A stretch of 64,000 nt of DNA. It comes from Desulfatiglandales bacterium. Lineage in GTDB: Bacteria; Desulfobacterota; DSM-4660; Desulfatiglandales; Desulfatiglandaceae. Under the pieces are notes generated by a model. That model was not told the DNA's origin and did not search any database. It saw nothing but the letters and a program-made list of their open reading frames with translations. The stretch covers positions 3,872,001-3,936,000 of the forward strand of contig OY759599.1 of assembly GCA_963662465.1 (NCBI GenBank), read 5' to 3'. A program made the position numbers and the translations under genes. Within the stretch, counting starts at the first letter, position 1, and the number at the start of each line of letters is the position of its first letter. Positions 45,968 through 59,492 of the stretch are shown one piece after another.

Positions 45968-47137
45968 CTAAAGGTTCAGACCTTTCAGCCTTTCAATGGC
46001 CTCCCCAAGCCGTTTTCGATTCTGAGTCAGGGCAATCCGAAAATACCCTTCACCGGGTTCGCCGAAACCATTTCCCGGCGTAACTACCAGCCCCGCCTCT
46101 TCCAGAAGACGTGTCGCAAGGGTTGCGGACGTGTACCCGGCAGGCGTCCGGATCCACAAATAGAAGGTCGCCTTTGGCGGATCCAGCTCAAACCCTGCTT
46201 CCCTGAGCCCTTGCACCATGAGATCCCGCCGGGCCTCATATATGCGATTCATTTCCGTCACACAGGCCTGGTCCCCCTGAATCGCTTTAATCCCGGCCTT
46301 CTGCACGGCCTGGAAAACACCGGAATCAATGTTGCTCTTGATGGCGCCAAGCCCCGCTACCCCTTCGGGATTCCCCACGGCGAAACCGATTCGCCAGCCG
46401 GTCATGTTGTAGGTCTTGGAAAGGGAGTGGAACTCCATCCCCACGTCTTTGGCGCCGGCAACCTCCAGAAAACTGGGGGGCCGGCAGTCATCAAAAGTCA
46501 TCTCCGTGTAGGCCGCATCGTGGCACACCAGAATTTCGTGCTTTTGTGCAAAGGAAACCACGCGGCGGAAAAAATCCAGATCCGCCACCGCTGAGGTGGG
46601 GTTATTGGGATAATTAATAAACATCAACTTGGCCCGATCCGCCAGGTCTTCGGGAATAACGCTCAGGTCCGGTAAAAAATCATTTTCGCGCAACAGCGGC
46701 ATAAAATAGGACTCTCCGCCGGCAAACAGGGTGGCAATATGGTAAACCGGGTAGGCAGGGCTGGGCACCAGCGCCACATCGCCCGGATTAATAAAGGCCA
46801 GGGGAAGATGTGCAATGCCTTCCTTGCTGCCGATGAGGGATACCACTTCCGTGCCCGGATCCAACGCCACGCCAAACCGTTCCCCATACCACTCGGCCAC
46901 GGCTTCCTTGAAATCCGTCATCCCCGAATAGGACGGATACCGATGATTTGCCGGATCATCAAGTGCCCGCTTCATCTCTAAAATAATATGTTCCGGCGTC
47001 GGCAGGTCCGGATCACCCACGCCCAAATCAATAATATCCACGCCTCTGGCCTTTACCTCGGCCTTCTTCCGGTCGATCTCCTTGAACAGATAGGGGGGAA
47101 GTTGTTTTAGACGTTCGGCTTTTTCAAATATCTCCAT
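45968..47137 (-). CDS. dapL: LL-diaminopimelate aminotransferase
   Basis: [40 protein letters not shown]; inside the dap cluster. Confidence 0.9.
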   Translation of the reverse strand: MEIFEKAERLKQLPPYLFKEIDRKKAEVKARGVDIIDLGVGDPDLPTPEHIILEMKRALDDPANHRYPSYSGMTDFKEAVAEWYGERFGVALDPGTEVVSLIGSKEGIAHLPLAFINPGDVALVPSPAYPVYHIATLFAGGESYFMPLLRENDFLPDLSVIPEDLADRAKLMFINYPNNPTSAVADLDFFRRVVSFAQKHEILVCHDAAYTEMTFDDCRPPSFLEVAGAKDVGMEFHSLSKTYNMTGWRIGFAVGNPEGVAGLGAIKSNIDSGVFQAVQKAGIKAIQGDQACVTEMNRIYEARRDLMVQGLREAGFELDPPKATFYLWIRTPAGYTSATLATRLLEEAGLVVTPGNGFGEPGEGYFRIALTQNRKRLGEAIERLKGLNL

Positions 47138-47156
47138 TATGATCCTTTCAATAAAA

Positions 47157-47960
47157 TCACTTAAGTCCCAACACGTCCTGCATATCGTAAAGCCCCGCCG
47201 GCCGCCTAACCACCCAGAGAGCCGCCCTGACCGACCCCCTGGCAAAATTATCCCGATTATGGGCACGATGCACCAGTTCCAGGCGCTCGCCGATACCGCC
47301 AAACATGACCGTGTGTTCTCCCGCGATATCACCGGCTCGCCAGGTCTGAATGCCGATCTCTTCATCGCTTCGCTCGCCGATCATTCCCTTACGGCCATAG
47401 ACGCCGACTTTTTCGAGATCGCGACCCACTGCATCAGCCAAAATCTGCCCCAGCCGCATGGCTGTTCCACTGGGCGCATCCTTCTTGAGCCGGTGATGGG
47501 CCTCAAGAATTTCCATATCATAATCATTTCCCAGAATACGCGCCATTTCCCCCGCAATCTTGAACATCACATTGACGCCCACACTCATATTGGGCGCCAT
47601 GACACATGGAATTTTTCCGGAAAGGGTTTCAATTTCCGCTACGCCATCTTCAGAAATCCCGGTCGTTCCGATGACCATGGAAATCCCTTTTTCCGAGGCG
47701 CTTCGCATATTTTGGAGCGTACTTTCCGGCTGGGTAAAATCGATCAAGACATCCGCCCCTTTGACCGCCTCATCAAAAGTTCCGCGAATCTTAATCCCCA
47801 GCTCACCCATTCCCGCGACCAATCCCACGTCTTGACCCACACTGGGGTGATCGGGATGTTCAAAGGCCCCTGCCAGCTCACTTTCAGGGTTTTGGCAAAT
47901 CATAGCGACGATTCTTCCCCCCATGCGACCGGCGGCGCCCGCAACAGTTATTCTGACCAT
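47157..47960 (-). CDS. dapB: 4-hydroxy-tetrahydrodipicolinate reductase
   Basis: [27 protein letters not shown]. Confidence 0.96.
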   Translation of the reverse strand: MVRITVAGAAGRMGGRIVAMICQNPESELAGAFEHPDHPSVGQDVGLVAGMGELGIKIRGTFDEAVKGADVLIDFTQPESTLQNMRSASEKGISMVIGTTGISEDGVAEIETLSGKIPCVMAPNMSVGVNVMFKIAGEMARILGNDYDMEILEAHHRLKKDAPSGTAMRLGQILADAVGRDLEKVGVYGRKGMIGERSDEEIGIQTWRAGDIAGEHTVMFGGIGERLELVHRAHNRDNFARGSVRAALWVVRRPAGLYDMQDVLGLK

Positions 47961-47982
47961 TTTGTAGACTCCAGAGAATACA

Positions 47983-48013
47983 GCTGTTAGCTATTAGCTG
48001 TTAGCCTTTAGCT
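47983..48013. repeat. 7-bp tandem repeat (GCTGTTA GCTATTA GCTGTTA GCCTTTA)
   Basis: Four units in the dapA-dapB spacer. Confidence 0.75.
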
Positions 48014-48069
48014 TAAGCGGTAGATTTCATTTTCATGTAAATGTGAATGCCCGCGTGATTCATGAGCGT

Positions 48070-48942
48070 TTATATAAGCCCATAATCCGCAAGCACCATT
48101 TTCAGTTTTTCCAGGTTCACGGGTTCCATGGCGCACATGGGCAGCCTCATTTCATCTTCAATCATTCCCATTAACGCGGCAGCGGTTTTTACCGGGATGG
48201 GGTTGGTTTCAAAAAACATGGCTTTACACAGGGGCAACAGTTTGTAGAAAAGCTGTTGCGCCGCCGATACATTCCCCTCGGCCCAGGCTTTGACCAGATC
48301 CGCATTGTCCCTGGGCGCGATATTGGCCACAACGGAAATAACCCCTTTTCCGCCGATGGCAAGCACAGGCAGCGTTAAATTATCATCCCCTGACAACAGG
48401 GTAATCTTGTCTCCGGCCATTCGAACGATATCGGCCATCTGACCCACATTCCCGGAAGCCTCCTTGATGGCGACGATTTCCGGAAATTCCGCCAGTCTGG
48501 CCACTGTCTCGGGCATCAAATTAACGCAGGTTCTCCCCGGCACGTTATAGAGGACCTGGGGCAGTGGAACCGCTTTCAAAATGGCCTCAAAATGACGGAA
48601 AAGACCCTCCTGAGTGGGCTTGTTGTAGTAAGGCGTTACCTGAAGGGTGGCATCCACCCCCACTTCCTTGGCATGCTTTGAGAGCAAAATGGCCTCGCTG
48701 GTGCTGTTTCCGCCAGTGCCGGCGATGACGGGAACCCGCTTGTTTACCGCCGCAACGGCAATATCGATCACCCGGGCGTGTTCGTTCACATTCAGGGTTG
48801 CAGATTCTCCGGTGGTGCCACAGGGAACTATGGCGCTTGTGCCGTTTTCGATTTGAAATTCAATGAGTTTACGGTACGCCTCTTCATCCACCTGCCCATT
48901 TTTGAAAGGGGTCACGATTGCCACAATAGAGCCTTCAAACAT
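48070..48942 (-). CDS. dapA: 4-hydroxy-tetrahydrodipicolinate synthase
   Basis: GTTGES, PYYNKP, YNVPGRT, IKEASG, TNPIPVK. Confidence 0.96.
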   Translation of the reverse strand: MFEGSIVAIVTPFKNGQVDEEAYRKLIEFQIENGTSAIVPCGTTGESATLNVNEHARVIDIAVAAVNKRVPVIAGTGGNSTSEAILLSKHAKEVGVDATLQVTPYYNKPTQEGLFRHFEAILKAVPLPQVLYNVPGRTCVNLMPETVARLAEFPEIVAIKEASGNVGQMADIVRMAGDKITLLSGDDNLTLPVLAIGGKGVISVVANIAPRDNADLVKAWAEGNVSAAQQLFYKLLPLCKAMFFETNPIPVKTAAALMGMIEDEMRLPMCAMEPVNLEKLKMVLADYGLI

Positions 48943-49007
48943 AAGGAATCTCCTTTTCTGGTTCTTTTGAATTCATTGATCAAGACACGCCCAAACATGC
49001 CGAACGT

Positions 49008-49838
49008 TTATATGGCCTCTCCATGAAGCGTCGCCTTGTAGATGACGGACGTATTTCCTTGAAGCCAAATCCGTTCGCCGATCCCGAAATCAAAGCCCTC
49101 GCTGTTTAAGTAGATCGTCAATACTTCTCCGCCCCGGGTGTGGACCTTAACCGGAGACGTCACCATGCCGCGCCTTGATGCCATCAGCGCACAGGCGATG
49201 GCCCCCGTGCCACACGCCAGGGTTTCATCTTCCACGCCCCTTTCATAGGTTCTAACCGCCAATTCATCAGGACCTGTAACGGTCATAAAATTGGCGTTGG
49301 TTCCTTCGGGGGAAAACCGTGAATGACGGCGAATCCAGCGGCCCTGCTCCGTAACCCCGTGATTTTCCAGGTCCGCCACTTGAACCACCACATGCGGCAC
49401 ACCGGTGTTCACAAAATCGCAGCTTCGCCAGCCCGGCATAAATTCTAGTTCTACATCCATCGCCTCGTTTTCAGGCTTTGGCATCAACACCTTGACCACA
49501 CGGCCCTCCACCTGCGCGGAAATGGGGCCCACACGCGTTTCAAAGGTCATTTTGGAACCGGCAATTCCCTTTAAAAAGGCGAAACGAGAGACGCAGCGTC
49601 CACCGTTACCGCACATATCCACCTCCCCGCCGTCAGCGTTGAAAAACCGCCATCCAAAATCATATTCTTTCGAATCCGTCACAAATATCACGCCATCGGC
49701 GCCCACGGATTCTCTACGCCGGCAAGACCTCTCCACCAACCGGCTCATGTCCTGTTCCTTTACAACGCCTTCCCGGTTATCAACGAGAATGAAATCATTG
49801 CCGCTGCCGCTCATCTTCCAGAATTCAATGGGTTCCAT
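49008..49838 (-). CDS. dapF: Diaminopimelate epimerase
   Basis: KMSGSGNDF, MCGNG, ERGVEDETLACGTG. Confidence 0.96.
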   Translation of the reverse strand: MEPIEFWKMSGSGNDFILVDNREGVVKEQDMSRLVERSCRRRESVGADGVIFVTDSKEYDFGWRFFNADGGEVDMCGNGGRCVSRFAFLKGIAGSKMTFETRVGPISAQVEGRVVKVLMPKPENEAMDVELEFMPGWRSCDFVNTGVPHVVVQVADLENHGVTEQGRWIRRHSRFSPEGTNANFMTVTGPDELAVRTYERGVEDETLACGTGAIACALMASRRGMVTSPVKVHTRGGEVLTIYLNSEGFDFGIGERIWLQGNTSVIYKATLHGEAI

Positions 49839-49867
49839 TTTTCGCTCCGGTCCCGTTATGATCCACC

Positions 49868-51130
49868 TCAATCCGCCGACAAAAAGTCGGGGATGGATTC
49901 CCCGCGAACAAGATCCTCAAAGGTTTCCCGTTGCCGAATAATTTCATGGCGGTCGCCCTTTACCATCACCTCGCATACCCGCGGCCTCGAATTGTAGGTA
50001 GACGACATACTAAAGCCATAGGCGCCCGCACTCATGACAGCAATCAAATCCTCCGGCGCCAGGGGTTCCACCCATCTCTCCTTGGCCAGGAAATCACCGG
50101 ACTCACAGATGGGACCGACAATATCGGCTTTCACCTTTTCACCGGGCGTCTGCTTCACGGCTTGTATCCCGTGGTAGGCCCCATAAAGACTCGGCCTCAT
50201 GAGATCATTCATGCCCGCGTCCACCACGAAAAAGTTTTTCTCATGGCTGGTCTTGGTGTAAAGCACTTTTGTGATCAATGCACCGGCATTGCCGACAATG
50301 ACGCGGCCCGGTTCCAGAATCAGGGTCCAATCCGGAGAAGCCAGTTCCGATTTAATGTCGCGGGCATATTCGCCGGGATCAGGCGGCGTCTCATTATCGT
50401 AAGTAATGCCCAGTCCCCCGCCCAAATCCAGATAACGAATTGAAATATTAATATTTTTAAGCTTTGCAATCAGCTCTTTCAGCTTTTTCAGGGCGTCCAC
50501 GAAGGGGCTCGTCTGCGTGAGTTGGCTGCCGATATGGCAGGAAACACCGACCACCGCCAAACCATCCAGAGTGGATGCTTTCTGATACTGCACAAGCGCC
50601 TCCTCGACGCCAATGCCGAATTTGTTCTCTTTAAGGCCCGTGGAGATATAGGGATGGGTCTTGGGGTCCACATCCGGATTGACCCGGATGGAAATACGCG
50701 CCTTTTGACCCAGGCTCAACGCCACCTGATTCAGTTTCAACAATTCCTGGGGGGATTCCACATTAAACATGAGGATCTCCGATGATACCGCATATTCCAG
50801 ATCCGACCGGCTTTTCCCGACCCCTGAAAAGACAATCCTGTCGGGGCTCACCCCGGCCTTCAAGGCCCTGTAGAGTTCACCGCCCGACACGATATCAACC
50901 CCCCCGCCCCGCCGGGCAAACAAAGCCAGAAGCGCCATGTTGGAATTTGATTTCATGGAATAACAGGTCAGGTGTTTCATATCCGAAAAAGCGCCATCGA
51001 AAGCCTCAAAATGCTTTTTCAGCGTTGCGTGAGAATAGACGTAGAAAGGTGTTCCCACCGTCGCGGCAATGGATGATACGGGAACATCTTCACAATACAG
51101 TTCGTTATTTTGGTAGTGGAAGTGATTCAT
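49868..51130 (-). CDS. lysA: Diaminopimelate decarboxylase
   Basis: YSMKSNSN, HPYISTG, HIGSQ, EPGR, GPICESGD, YNSRPR. Confidence 0.96.
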   Translation of the reverse strand: MNHFHYQNNELYCEDVPVSSIAATVGTPFYVYSHATLKKHFEAFDGAFSDMKHLTCYSMKSNSNMALLALFARRGGGVDIVSGGELYRALKAGVSPDRIVFSGVGKSRSDLEYAVSSEILMFNVESPQELLKLNQVALSLGQKARISIRVNPDVDPKTHPYISTGLKENKFGIGVEEALVQYQKASTLDGLAVVGVSCHIGSQLTQTSPFVDALKKLKELIAKLKNINISIRYLDLGGGLGITYDNETPPDPGEYARDIKSELASPDWTLILEPGRVIVGNAGALITKVLYTKTSHEKNFFVVDAGMNDLMRPSLYGAYHGIQAVKQTPGEKVKADIVGPICESGDFLAKERWVEPLAPEDLIAVMSAGAYGFSMSSTYNSRPRVCEVMVKGDRHEIIRQRETFEDLVRGESIPDFLSAD

Positions 51131-51143
51131 GGGTCTCTCCGAG

Positions 51144-51206
51144 TAACAAGTGAAAAGTGAAGAGTTAATAGTGAAAAGTAACCGCTCTTCACTTTTCACT
51201 ATTCAC
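51144..51206. repeat. Inverted pair of 7-bp tandem arrays (GTGAAAA-type / TTTTCAC-type)
   Basis: GTGAAAA GTGAAGA GTTAATA GTGAAAA ... TCTTCAC TTTTCAC TATTCAC; contains the lipoprotein stop codon. Confidence 0.8.
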
Positions 51207-51714
51207 TTATCAACTTGATTCTATCCGATGCGGGACCGAGGCGCCCCTCTTTTTCCATGATCCGCACCGTGACAAAACAGACGCCTTTCTGTTTAAATGC
51301 CGGCAGACGGCACTCGAATTGACGATCATCGATGATCCTGCCTGTAACGTCCCGGAAACTCTTCATTTCAATGGGACATCCTTCACACGGGGGTTGTTCC
51401 GGAGGATACCAGACATAATAGACCCGGCAGCCGGTTATGAGAGATAAAACTTCATCGTCTACTTGAACGACACCCCTAAGGATTACAGATCCATCCTCCC
51501 AGGCGCCTTCCATCTGGTCCACCCTCACCATGGAATCTTTCTCCTGAGACAGAAAAGGCGGCGCCTTTCTCCCGCACCCGGAAAAAATCATCAAGTTGAA
51601 TGCCAGTAACAGAAGACAGACGACGGACGACGGACGACGGCGGGGGGATTTCCGACTTCCGTATCCTGCCCTCTGCCCTCTGTCCTCTGCCCTCTGCCCT
51701 CTGTCTTCCGTCAT
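51199..51714 (-). CDS. Lipoprotein of the argH-lysA region with repeat-derived N-terminus
   Basis: Lipobox FSGC-GRKAPP; PPCEGCP motif; ATGA overlap with argH. Confidence 0.75.
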   Translation of the reverse strand: MTEDRGQRAEDRGQRAGYGSRKSPRRRPSSVVCLLLLAFNLMIFSGCGRKAPPFLSQEKDSMVRVDQMEGAWEDGSVILRGVVQVDDEVLSLITGCRVYYVWYPPEQPPCEGCPIEMKSFRDVTGRIIDDRQFECRLPAFKQKGVCFVTVRIMEKEGRLGPASDRIKLISE

Positions 51715-51749
51715 CTGTCCTCTGCCCTCTGCCCTCTGTCTTCCGTCTT
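51611..51749. repeat. Bipartite 7-bp tandem repeat: 4x GGACGAC-like plus 12x CTGCCCT-like
   Basis: Arrays at 51611-51638 and 51666-51749; the second includes a duplicated 35-bp (5-unit) block. Confidence 0.9.
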
Positions 51750-53120
51750 CAACTGCTGTTTCGCCGTTTCGATTTGTCTTTTCACGGCGTCGGGACCGGT
51801 TCCACCGAAAATGTTTCTCCTGCCCACGGTTAATTGAGGATCAAGCCATGCGTAGACATCTTCACCAATCTGCCGGCTGTGGGTCTTCATTTCTTCCAGG
51901 GTAAGTTCATGAAGTTCCTGGTTCTTTTCCATGGCAAACACCACCATTCTACCCACGATTTCATGCGCTTCTCGAAAAGTAATCCCTTTTCCCACAAGAT
52001 AATCGGCCAGGTCCGTGGCCACCAGATAACCTTTCTCCGTAGCTGATTTGAGCGTGTCCGTTTTAAAAGAGACTTCCCCCAGAAGACTGCCCATAACCGT
52101 GAGACACATTTGAACCGTGTCGGCAGCATCGAACAGGGCTTCCTTATCCTCTTGCATGTCCTTGTTATAGCTAAGCGGCAAGCCCTTCATGGTGGTTAAC
52201 AGGCCCATAAGATGCCCATAGGCCCGCCCGGTTTTTCCCCTGATGAGTTCCGGAAGATCCGGGTTCTTTTTTTGGGGCATAATACTGCTGCCGGTGGAAA
52301 ATGCGTCTGAGATCACAATAAAACCAAACTCCTGGGTGGACCAAAGCACCAGTTCCTCACTCAGACGGCTGAGATGCATCATCACCATTGATGCGTTGTA
52401 AAGAAAATCCAAGACAAAATCCCTGTCGCTCACCGCGTCCATGCTGTTCCTGGAGATCCGGTCGAATCCCAACTCTTCCGCAACCATTTCCCGGTCCAGA
52501 TCAAACGTGGCGCCGGCCAGGGCCGCACTGCCAAGCGGCATCACATTGACGCGATCCAGACTTTCCTCAAAGCGGGCATAATCACGGGTTAACATTTCAT
52601 AATAGGCCATTAAGTGATGGCTCAAAAGCACGGGTTGCGCCCGCTGAAGATGCGTATACCCAGGCATCAGCACGTCCAGGTTGTCTTCGGAAAGGCGAAG
52701 AATGGTTTCCTGACAGGTCCTGATAGACCCCATGACCCCGTGAATAACATCCCGCACATACAGCCGGGTATCAAGGGCCACCTGATCGTTTCGGCTTCTC
52801 CCCGTATGGATTTTTTCTCCCAGGGCCCCCACTTTGTCCACCATGGCTTTCTCAACCAGGGTATGGATGTCCTCATAATCATCATCCGATGAAAAGCCGC
52901 CGCGGTCCAGTTCCCGCTTGATCTCACCCAGCGCCACAAGCATGCCCGATGCGTCTTCATCTGAAATAATGCCCTGCTTTGCCAACATGCGGCAATGGGC
53001 AACGCTGCCCTGGATGTCGTAGGCATAGAGCCGCCGATCAAAGCAGATGGAGGCATTGAACATATTGACCAGTGCATCGGTCTCCTGGCTGAAACGCCCT
53101 CCCCATACCATTTTCGTCAT
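51711..53120 (-). CDS. argH: Argininosuccinate lyase
   Basis: [39 protein letters not shown]. Confidence 0.97.
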   Translation of the reverse strand: MTKMVWGGRFSQETDALVNMFNASICFDRRLYAYDIQGSVAHCRMLAKQGIISDEDASGMLVALGEIKRELDRGGFSSDDDYEDIHTLVEKAMVDKVGALGEKIHTGRSRNDQVALDTRLYVRDVIHGVMGSIRTCQETILRLSEDNLDVLMPGYTHLQRAQPVLLSHHLMAYYEMLTRDYARFEESLDRVNVMPLGSAALAGATFDLDREMVAEELGFDRISRNSMDAVSDRDFVLDFLYNASMVMMHLSRLSEELVLWSTQEFGFIVISDAFSTGSSIMPQKKNPDLPELIRGKTGRAYGHLMGLLTTMKGLPLSYNKDMQEDKEALFDAADTVQMCLTVMGSLLGEVSFKTDTLKSATEKGYLVATDLADYLVGKGITFREAHEIVGRMVVFAMEKNQELHELTLEEMKTHSRQIGEDVYAWLDPQLTVGRRNIFGGTGPDAVKRQIETAKQQLKTEDRGQRAEDR

Positions 53121-54337
53121 ACTGATTCCTCAGTTTTAGATTTCAACAGACTCGCAATTTTGAGTCTCAGGCCATTGAGCCGAATAAAGCCTTCGGCGTC
53201 TTGTTGATTGTAAACCTCATCGCCTTCAAAGGTCGCAAAATCCGGGCGATAGAGGGACACATGGGATTTTCTGCCCACCACCATGCAATTTCCTTTGTAC
53301 AGTTTCAGTCGCACCAGGCCGGTCACATTTTTCTGTGTCTCGTCCACGAGGGCCTGAAGCATATCCCGTTCCGGGGAAAACCAGTATCCATTATAGACCA
53401 TTTCGGCATATCGAGGAATCATTGCGTCTCGAATATGCATGGCTTCCCGGTCAACGGTGATGGATTCCATGGCAATATGGGCCGACCTTAAAATAGTGCC
53501 TCCCGGCGTCTCATAAACGCCTCTGGACTTCATGCCCACAAAACGATTCTCCACCATGTCAACGCGACCGATGCCGTTTTTTCCCCCCAGATCGTTCATA
53601 TGGGCCAGAAGGGTCGCAGGCGTCATCTTCTTCCCATCGACGGCCACGGGGTTTCCCTTCTCATAGGCGATTTCCACATAAGTAGGCGCGTCAGGGGCTG
53701 CCTCAGGGGAAACCGATAAAACAAACATGTCTTCCGGCGCTTCATTCCAGGTGTCTTCCAATATCCCCCCCTCGAAACTGATGTGCAGCAGGTTGCGATC
53801 GCTGGAGTAGGGTTTTTCCTTGGTCACGGGAACGGGTATGCCCCTTGAGCGGGCGTATTCCATGAGGTCTTCCCGCCCCCTGAACTCCCATGTTCTCCAT
53901 GGGGCAATAATCTGAAGGGTTGGATCCAGCGCCATGTAAGCCAACTCAAACCGCACCTGATCGTTCCCCTTGCCGGTGGCGCCGTGACTCACGGCATTGG
54001 CGCCCATAAGGCGTGCCACTTCCACCTGTCTTTTTGAAATCAGAGGTCTTGCCAGCGACGTTCCCAGAAGATAGGTGGATTCATAAACAGCGTTGGCACG
54101 CAGTGCCGGCCACACAAAATCGCTTACAAAGTCCTCTTTCAGATCATCCACGACAACATCGTCGGCGCCGGTGGCAAAGGCTTTTTCCTTGATCCCCTCA
54201 AGTTCCTCTCCCTGGCCCAGATCGGCGGCATACGCCACCACGGGACACTGATAGGTTTCCTTCAACCATTTCAAAATAACGGATGTATCCAGACCACCCG
54301 AGTACGCCAGGACAATTTTTTTGATTTTCTCAGCCAC
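53117..54337 (-). CDS. argG: Argininosuccinate synthase
   Basis: [41 protein letters not shown]. Confidence 0.97.
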   Translation of the reverse strand: MAEKIKKIVLAYSGGLDTSVILKWLKETYQCPVVAYAADLGQGEELEGIKEKAFATGADDVVVDDLKEDFVSDFVWPALRANAVYESTYLLGTSLARPLISKRQVEVARLMGANAVSHGATGKGNDQVRFELAYMALDPTLQIIAPWRTWEFRGREDLMEYARSRGIPVPVTKEKPYSSDRNLLHISFEGGILEDTWNEAPEDMFVLSVSPEAAPDAPTYVEIAYEKGNPVAVDGKKMTPATLLAHMNDLGGKNGIGRVDMVENRFVGMKSRGVYETPGGTILRSAHIAMESITVDREAMHIRDAMIPRYAEMVYNGYWFSPERDMLQALVDETQKNVTGLVRLKLYKGNCMVVGRKSHVSLYRPDFATFEGDEVYNQQDAEGFIRLNGLRLKIASLLKSKTEESV

Positions 54338-55547
54338 GTTTCGTCTCCATGTCGTTGAATATGTTATCAAGCGCTTCCAGCAGAAGATCAATCTCTTCTT
54401 TTTTCACAATCAAAGGGGGTACAAACCGAAGAACCCGTTCCTGCGCGCAAATAATCAGGAACCCTTTTTGCCGGCATGCTTCCACAACGGGGGCGCCAGG
54501 CCCCTCCAACTCCACCCCTATAATGAGACCCAACCCTCTGACCTCTTTAATAAAAGAATGTTTTTCCGCAAGCCTGTTCAACCCCGCCTTGAAGTAATTC
54601 CCCATTTTTTCCGCATGCGCCAACCACCCGTCATCCAGAAGGCTTTTGAGTACGGCCTTTGAAACCGCCGTCGCCAATGGGGTTCCGCCAAAGGTGGTAG
54701 CATGACTTCCCGGCCCAAAGGCCTGGGCCAATTCCTCGGTAGAAAGCATGGCGCCGATAGGGAGTCCATTCCCCAAAGCCTTGGCAAGGGTCATAATGTC
54801 CGGAACAACGCCGTAATGTTCATGGGCAAACAGCTTTCCGGTCCTACCCATTCCCACCTGAACCTCATCAAATATCAGGGCAACGCCCTTTTCGCTGCAA
54901 AGCGCCCTAACGGCTTTCAGGTAACCGGCATCCGGACATACCACACCACCTTCTCCCTGGATGGGTTCCAGCATAACCGCACAGACAGCGTCATCCATTG
55001 CCGTCTCAAGCGCTTTAACGTCATTGAAAGGCACAAAGCGAAACCCCTTCAGCAATGGGTCATACCCCGCCTGAATTTTTTCCTGGCCCGTGGCGGAAAG
55101 GGTGGCCATGGTACGGCCGTGAAAGGAATTTTGCATGGAAATAATCACATGCCTGTTGGGGCCGAATTTTCCCATGGAATACCGACGCGCCAGCTTAATG
55201 GCGGCTTCGTTGGCCTCAGCCCCGCTGTTGCAGAAAAAAATCCGGTCCGCGAAAGAGTTCTCCACCAGCAGTTGGGCCAGTTCCGTCTGGGGTTCGGTAT
55301 AGTAAAGGTTCGACACATGAATCAGTTTTCCAGCCTGTTCCTCCAGAACGCGTCGCACCAGCGGCGAACTATGCCCCAGAGAACAAACAGCAATTCCCGC
55401 TACGAAATCCAGATATTGATTTCCTTCATCATCCCAGACCCGACAACCTTCCCCTCTCACCAGTGTAATGGGAAACCGGCCATAGGTCTGAAACATGTAT
55501 TGGTCCGCTCTGGCCATGGTTGACGTGGCTTCAGGCTCTTTTTTCAT
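54330..55547 (-). CDS. argD: Acetylornithine aminotransferase
   Basis: [36 protein letters not shown]. Confidence 0.94.
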   Translation of the reverse strand: MKKEPEATSTMARADQYMFQTYGRFPITLVRGEGCRVWDDEGNQYLDFVAGIAVCSLGHSSPLVRRVLEEQAGKLIHVSNLYYTEPQTELAQLLVENSFADRIFFCNSGAEANEAAIKLARRYSMGKFGPNRHVIISMQNSFHGRTMATLSATGQEKIQAGYDPLLKGFRFVPFNDVKALETAMDDAVCAVMLEPIQGEGGVVCPDAGYLKAVRALCSEKGVALIFDEVQVGMGRTGKLFAHEHYGVVPDIMTLAKALGNGLPIGAMLSTEELAQAFGPGSHATTFGGTPLATAVSKAVLKSLLDDGWLAHAEKMGNYFKAGLNRLAEKHSFIKEVRGLGLIIGVELEGPGAPVVEACRQKGFLIICAQERVLRFVPPLIVKKEEIDLLLEALDNIFNDMETKRG

Positions 55548-55591
55548 TTTTTCTTTCCTTTCATGGCATTCAAGCGTTTTTACGCCGCAAT

Positions 55592-57876
<2,285 letters not shown>

Positions 57877-57951
57877 ACTTACCTCATGATCAAACATCAA
57901 TAATATCCTCTACTAAAATACACCTGGCCCAAACCCCGTTTCCGGACGATA

Positions 57952-58506
57952 TCACGGTTCCAACTCTAAAACCGTGATATGGTCGTTGGTATACAAACAT
58001 ATGGATGAGGCAATTTTAAGCGACTCCTGAACAATGGCGTCCGCTTCCAGATCCGAATGCACAACCAAGGCCTGGGCTGCCGCCTGAGCGTAGGGCCCAC
58101 CTGAACCGATAGCCGCCACACTCATATCCGGTTCGATAATATCCCCGGTTCCGGATATGATCAGCATATGCTCTTGATCCGCCGCCAACAGCAGCGCTTC
58201 CAATTTGCGAAGTATCTTGTCCGTTCTCCAATCCTTTGCCAATTCCACCGCGGCCCTGACCAGGTTTCCACCGTAGCTTTCAAGTTTTGCTTCCAACCGC
58301 TCAAACAGGTTAAACGCATCCGCCGCAGCCCCCGCAAATCCCACCAGCACCATATCCTGGTACATGAGGCGAACTTTTGAGGCCTTATGTTTCATGATGG
58401 TATCGCCAAGGGTTACCTGGCCGTCTCCCCCCATGACGCATCTACCGTTTTTCCTGACGGCCAAGACGGTCGTTGCCCTTATTTTCCCCCACCCATCATC
58501 TCTCAT
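57952..58506 (-). CDS. hslV: ATP-dependent protease subunit HslV
   Basis: ATTVLAV, GDGQVT, AKDWRTD, IGSGG. Confidence 0.97.
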   Translation of the reverse strand: MRDDGWGKIRATTVLAVRKNGRCVMGGDGQVTLGDTIMKHKASKVRLMYQDMVLVGFAGAAADAFNLFERLEAKLESYGGNLVRAAVELAKDWRTDKILRKLEALLLAADQEHMLIISGTGDIIEPDMSVAAIGSGGPYAQAAAQALVVHSDLEADAIVQESLKIASSICLYTNDHITVLELEP

Positions 58507-58562
58507 TCATCTATCCTCTACATTCATAAAATCCTGAATTGAAAAAAAGGTCCCATTCGGCG

Positions 58563-59492
58563 TCAACCACTGCGCGGATGGGCCTTATCGTAAACTTCCA
58601 TAAGCCGGTCAAGGCTCACATGGGTATATTTCTGCGTCGCAGCAAGACTTTTATGGCCTAGAAGTTCCTGGACGGAACGAAGGTCCGCGCCGCCATCCAG
58701 CAAATGGGTGGCAAAAGTGTGCCGCATACTATGCGGGCTGATCTCTTCCGTCAAACCCGCCAATCTTACATACCGTTTGACAATTCTTCCAATGCTCCGG
58801 GTTGTCAAACGTCCCCCTCGAAAATTCATAAAGAGCGGGTCGCCCCGCCCCGCCGCTGATTTTTTTTTTCGAAACGCACCGGTATCCGCCAGGTACGCCG
58901 CAACAGCCTTCAATGCCTGCCTTCCAATGGGCACAAACCGCTCTTGGCTGCCTTTCCCCATCACTTTCACGAGACGTTGATCGCAATCAATACTGGAGAC
59001 ATTCATCCCCGCCAGCTCAGCAACCCTGATGCCACAGGAATAAAGGACTTCTAAAATAGCCAGATCCCTCAAACCCAACGGTTTTTCCCGGTCAGGCAAT
59101 GCCATCAACCTGAAAACATCATCCACCGGGAGGTAGTTGGGGATATATTTTCCCAATTTTGGGCTTTGTACCCCCACAGCCGGATTAATTTTGATAAACG
59201 CCTCTCTTTCCAGGAAAAGAAACAACGATCGTACAGCGGAGAGTTTACGGGCGATGGTTGAGCGTTTAAGATTCCCATAAAGGCTCCCCACGTATTCTCT
59301 TATGGCGGGACCATCAATCCTTTCAACGTGAAGATCACCCTGTTTTTCTTTCCGGAACCGGGCGCTTTCAGTCGTCAAAAACGACGAAAACTGAGTCAGA
59401 TCAACCCGATAATTCCTCTCCGTATGTTCCGAACACCCTTTTTCATCCCGAAGGTATGTCAAAAAAAGCGTTTTAGCCTCTTCCAGCAACAA
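58563..59492 (-). CDS. xerC: Tyrosine recombinase XerC
   Basis: RD.AILE.LYSCGIR, HSMRHTFATHLLDGGADLR.VQELLGH..L..TQKYTH; upstream of hslVU. Confidence 0.88.
   Translation of the reverse strand: MLLEEAKTLFLTYLRDEKGCSEHTERNYRVDLTQFSSFLTTESARFRKEKQGDLHVERIDGPAIREYVGSLYGNLKRSTIARKLSAVRSLFLFLEREAFIKINPAVGVQSPKLGKYIPNYLPVDDVFRLMALPDREKPLGLRDLAILEVLYSCGIRVAELAGMNVSSIDCDQRLVKVMGKGSQERFVPIGRQALKAVAAYLADTGAFRKKKSAAGRGDPLFMNFRGGRLTTRSIGRIVKRYVRLAGLTEEISPHSMRHTFATHLLDGGADLRSVQELLGHKSLAATQKYTHVSLDRLMEVYDKAHPRSG

Noticed and set aside
51131..51199. N-terminal extension of LysA given by the ORF track
   Set aside because: It is heptamer-repeat sequence; GGAGAG RBS precedes ATG 51130 (MNHFHY).
58563..59492. 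Tyrosine recombinase as a prophage or island integrase
   Set aside because: Housekeeping xerC-hslV-hslU context; no att repeats or phage genes.
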